Shown: in pieces, positions 61,379-64,000 of the stretch
Position numbering within the stretch: position 1 is the stretch's first letter
How the letters are laid out: every line of letters starts with the position of its first letter
Assembly: GCA_030539115.1 (NCBI GenBank)
Contig: JAUNSR010000016.1
Location: 1,999-65,998, forward strand
DNA from: Bacteroidales bacterium
Lineage (GTDB): Bacteria; Bacteroidota; Bacteroidia; Bacteroidales; JAUNSR01
Direction: 5' to 3'
DNA: 64,000 nt
Position numbers and translations under genes: made by a program
The notes under the pieces: model-generated
The model's input: only the letters and a program-made list of their open reading frames with translations
Database searches by the model: none
What the model was told of the DNA's origin: nothing

Positions 61379-62461
61379 ATGGGAAATATCAGAGGTACAC
61401 ACATAAAACGCATGAATTCAGTTTTGTTTGACTTCTATAAAAAACACATAAAAAAACACAAGGTATTAACATTCATCATTAAATGGCAATGCCTGTCTGT
61501 ATTAACAGTTGTTCTGTTCTGGCTTTTATGGGCTATTATAGACTTTAATGAATGTATGCGGGAGGGGGTCTCCTTTAAAGTTGTAATATTTGATTACATT
61601 TACTGCACCGTATTTACATTGTTTGTGATTCAGATATGCAAATTTATTCTATTCATTTTCTCATCAAGGATAAAAAATCGCTTGGTATATTTGTCTATTT
61701 CCATCATATATATAGTAGTAAATGTACTATTGGCTCTATTGTTTGAAAAAATCACCAACCTTTTGTTCTTTAATGAACTTGAAAGTAATGTGTTGGTTGA
61801 AGGTTTCTATATTTTTAGCTTGATATCAACATTGTTGTCTATACTTATATTGTCGAACCATCACTATAGTCTTTATATTATGGAATTAAAAGAACGTCAG
61901 AAAACTGAACTTCTAATTCTAAAACAGCAACTGGATCCACATTTTATGTTCAATAACTTAGGCACACTTGACGCATTAATGGAATCTGACACTGAAATGG
62001 CGCATTTATATCTCAACAAATTGTCTCGTTGTTATAGATATATTACAGATAACATCAATGTTGATAGTATAGAAATACGTGATGCAGTTCAATTTATAGA
62101 TATGTATCTTGACCTCTTGCAAACAAGTATGCCTGGACATATCAAGGTTGAAATTGAGAAAATCCTTAGACAGAGTTATGACAAAATAATTCCAATGTCA
62201 CTTCAGATACTAGTGGAAAATGCGGTAAAGCACAATTGCCATTCAACAAAGGTTCCGTTGTATATAATCATAAAAAAAGACGGAGGATATATAACTGTTA
62301 CAAACACATACAACCCTATAAAGCATTCAATTACAACCTCTAAGTCCGGCTTGTGTAATCTTGTAAAAAGATATCAGTATATTACAGGCGAAAAATGTAT
62401 AATAAGCAGTACAGAAACACTCTTTACAGTTAAAATACCCATAATAAAAGACTCTAAATGA
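61379..62461 (+). CDS. LytS/YehU-type membrane histidine kinase
   Basis: 4 TM helices, LKQQLDPHFMFNNL, LQILVENAVKHN; real start may be 61412. Confidence 0.88.
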   Translation: MGNIRGTHIKRMNSVLFDFYKKHIKKHKVLTFIIKWQCLSVLTVVLFWLLWAIIDFNECMREGVSFKVVIFDYIYCTVFTLFVIQICKFILFIFSSRIKNRLVYLSISIIYIVVNVLLALLFEKITNLLFFNELESNVLVEGFYIFSLISTLLSILILSNHHYSLYIMELKERQKTELLILKQQLDPHFMFNNLGTLDALMESDTEMAHLYLNKLSRCYRYITDNINVDSIEIRDAVQFIDMYLDLLQTSMPGHIKVEIEKILRQSYDKIIPMSLQILVENAVKHNCHSTKVPLYIIIKKDGGYITVTNTYNPIKHSITTSKSGLCNLVKRYQYITGEKCIISSTETLFTVKIPIIKDSK

Positions 62462-63219
62462 AAATTCTATTAATTGAGGATGAGAAATATTGCTTTGAGA
62501 ATTTATGCTGCATCTTAAAGCAAATTGAACCGGAAGTTGAAATTGTCGGTCCTGTCTCAAATATTGTTGATATGTATGACCATTTACAAAGGCAGGAGGA
62601 TTATGACATAATATTTTCTGATATAAAGTTGGAGGATGGAATATGTTTTGAGGCTTTTGCTGATATTCCGGAACTTAAAACTCCAATTATTTTTCTTACT
62701 GCTTACGATAAGTATGCAATAGATGCATTTAAAATTGGAGGATTAGCTTATATTCTCAAACCTATAGATAAAGAGGAACTTATATCGGGGATAAATCGTG
62801 CATATAAAATGAAACTGGGAACACAAAATATGGATTTGATATTGCAGTCATATGGATTAGCCTCTAAAAAGCAATATATGTCAAGACTTCTTGTGAGAAA
62901 CTTTGATGGATTGTCTGTTTTACCAGTTGAGGATATAAGCTATATAGTTTTTGAAAGTGGTAAAAATAATGTATATACCAAAAACGGTTCTTGTTTTGCC
63001 TTGATGGATAGAACATTGGATTCAGTGTATAACCGTCTTAATCCCGGAATTTTTTTTAGAGCTAACAGACAATACATTGTTCACATCGATGCTATAAATA
63101 AAATTCATTGGAGCTTTAGGCAAACAGCAAACCTTGAATTGAAACTGTTTAAAAATTTGCGAATCAATTTAAGCAAGTTAAAGGTCTCAGAACTGCAGAA
63201 ATGGATTGAATCAATGTAA
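62458..63219 (+). CDS. LytTR-family response regulator
   Basis: LIEDE, FSDIKL.DG, IIFLTAYD.YA..AF, LKPI, FFRANRQYIV. Confidence 0.92.
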   Translation: MKILLIEDEKYCFENLCCILKQIEPEVEIVGPVSNIVDMYDHLQRQEDYDIIFSDIKLEDGICFEAFADIPELKTPIIFLTAYDKYAIDAFKIGGLAYILKPIDKEELISGINRAYKMKLGTQNMDLILQSYGLASKKQYMSRLLVRNFDGLSVLPVEDISYIVFESGKNNVYTKNGSCFALMDRTLDSVYNRLNPGIFFRANRQYIVHIDAINKIHWSFRQTANLELKLFKNLRINLSKLKVSELQKWIESM

Positions 63220-63389
63220 TGTATATTTCCAATTTATAAGTATAGTCACATTAAATGAAATAAAATATATTTCATTTATCAAATTAGTCGGTTAGATGTA
63301 GAATCTATTGTCATAAAACAAGCGTTAAATTAGTTTTGTAATAATTTATAAATGTCTGTACTAATATTTATTACACTAATTATTTTAAT

Positions 63390-63681
63390 ATGAAAAGAAC
63401 TATTAATTTTATTGGTCCTGCTGTTTTTAAGGAAACATTATTTGAGGTCTGCTTTAGAAGAAAAAATTTTTGTTGGAATTTGGTATAATTATAAATCAGA
63501 AACATCAACGGAATTAAACGTAAATAATAGAATTTACAAAATGGATAAATCAGGTTTCTCTTCTCATGATTATCTATTCCCAAGAACTTTTGTTAATGGG
63601 AATATGGTTCCAATAGATGGTTGTATAGATATTAAATACAGTCCTATTCCTGATACTTTTAGAGTAATAATACATCAATAA
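63390..63681 (+). pseudogene. Possible frameshifted secreted-protein remnant
   Basis: ATGAAAAGAACTATTA... joins the LLILLVLLFL signal-like frame only with a 1-nt shift. Confidence 0.4.
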
Positions 63682-63697
63682 ATATAAAAAAATGATT

Positions 63698-64000
63698 ATG
63701 AAAAAATTATCTTTAGTTATACTTCTAAGTTTAATGTATTTAGGAGTTTTTGCCCAAATAGGGATAAATACGGAAATTAGTTATGGCTTTAAATTATCAA
63801 ATACAGATTATTCTAATGTAAGAATAGAATTTTCACCGGGCTATAATTTAAACAATAATATGTTTTTAGGGTTGGGTGCCGGATACATTTATATGCTTAA
63901 AGAAGCAGATTATTTTAATATGAGTAAGAAAAACTATAATATGGGAGCGATACCATTATATGCTCATATTAAATACTCACCATGGGGTAAATATTCTAAT
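63698..64000 (+). CDS. Outer-membrane beta-barrel-like protein (3' end outside window)
   Basis: Open frame MKKLSLVILLSLMYLGVFA-Q...PGYNLNNNMFLGLGAG...AIPLYAHIKY; not in the ORF track. Confidence 0.7.
   Translation, partial: MKKLSLVILLSLMYLGVFAQIGINTEISYGFKLSNTDYSNVRIEFSPGYNLNNNMFLGLGAGYIYMLKEADYFNMSKKNYNMGAIPLYAHIKYSPWGKYSN

Noticed and set aside
63240-63320. LytTR direct-repeat binding sites (TAGTC/TTGTC)
   Set aside because: Matches are too short and the spacing too inconsistent to call from sequence alone.

Overview
AT-rich chromosomal window from a Bacteroidales bacterium, judged from TAnnTTTG promoters, GldH, DUF4919/DUF3843 genes and A-rich start regions lacking a Shine-Dalgarno site. 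Most of it is core genome: mscL, a Dna2-like nuclease-helicase, metA, purH-mreBCD-mrdA-rodA, zapA-rny-ricT-gldH, trxA-dnaE, aspC-ribBA-lptF/G and tRNA-Met. Glycan-use genes (GH3, GxGYxYP, GH140-like, GH106-like, sialate O-acetylesterase, fucose permease) and at least four decayed genes for envelope or secreted proteins are interspersed. No integrase, transposase, CRISPR array or prophage is visible. The main unexplained signal is non-coding: a ~70-105 bp structured element (long outer stem closing two inner hairpins, with covariation) present five times. It always has the same orientation and lies 45-52 nt before the start codon of three unrelated genes (DUF3843, ribBA and an EamA transporter, where it is a tandem triplet). 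Other notable signals are a stand-alone ~70-nt sRNA with its own promoter and terminator whose seed is complementary to the GH106 start-codon region, a terminator-like hairpin just before rny with rny adjacent to ricT, and a tRNA-Met with a swapped T54/A58 pair. All assignments come from reading the sequence; no searches were run.
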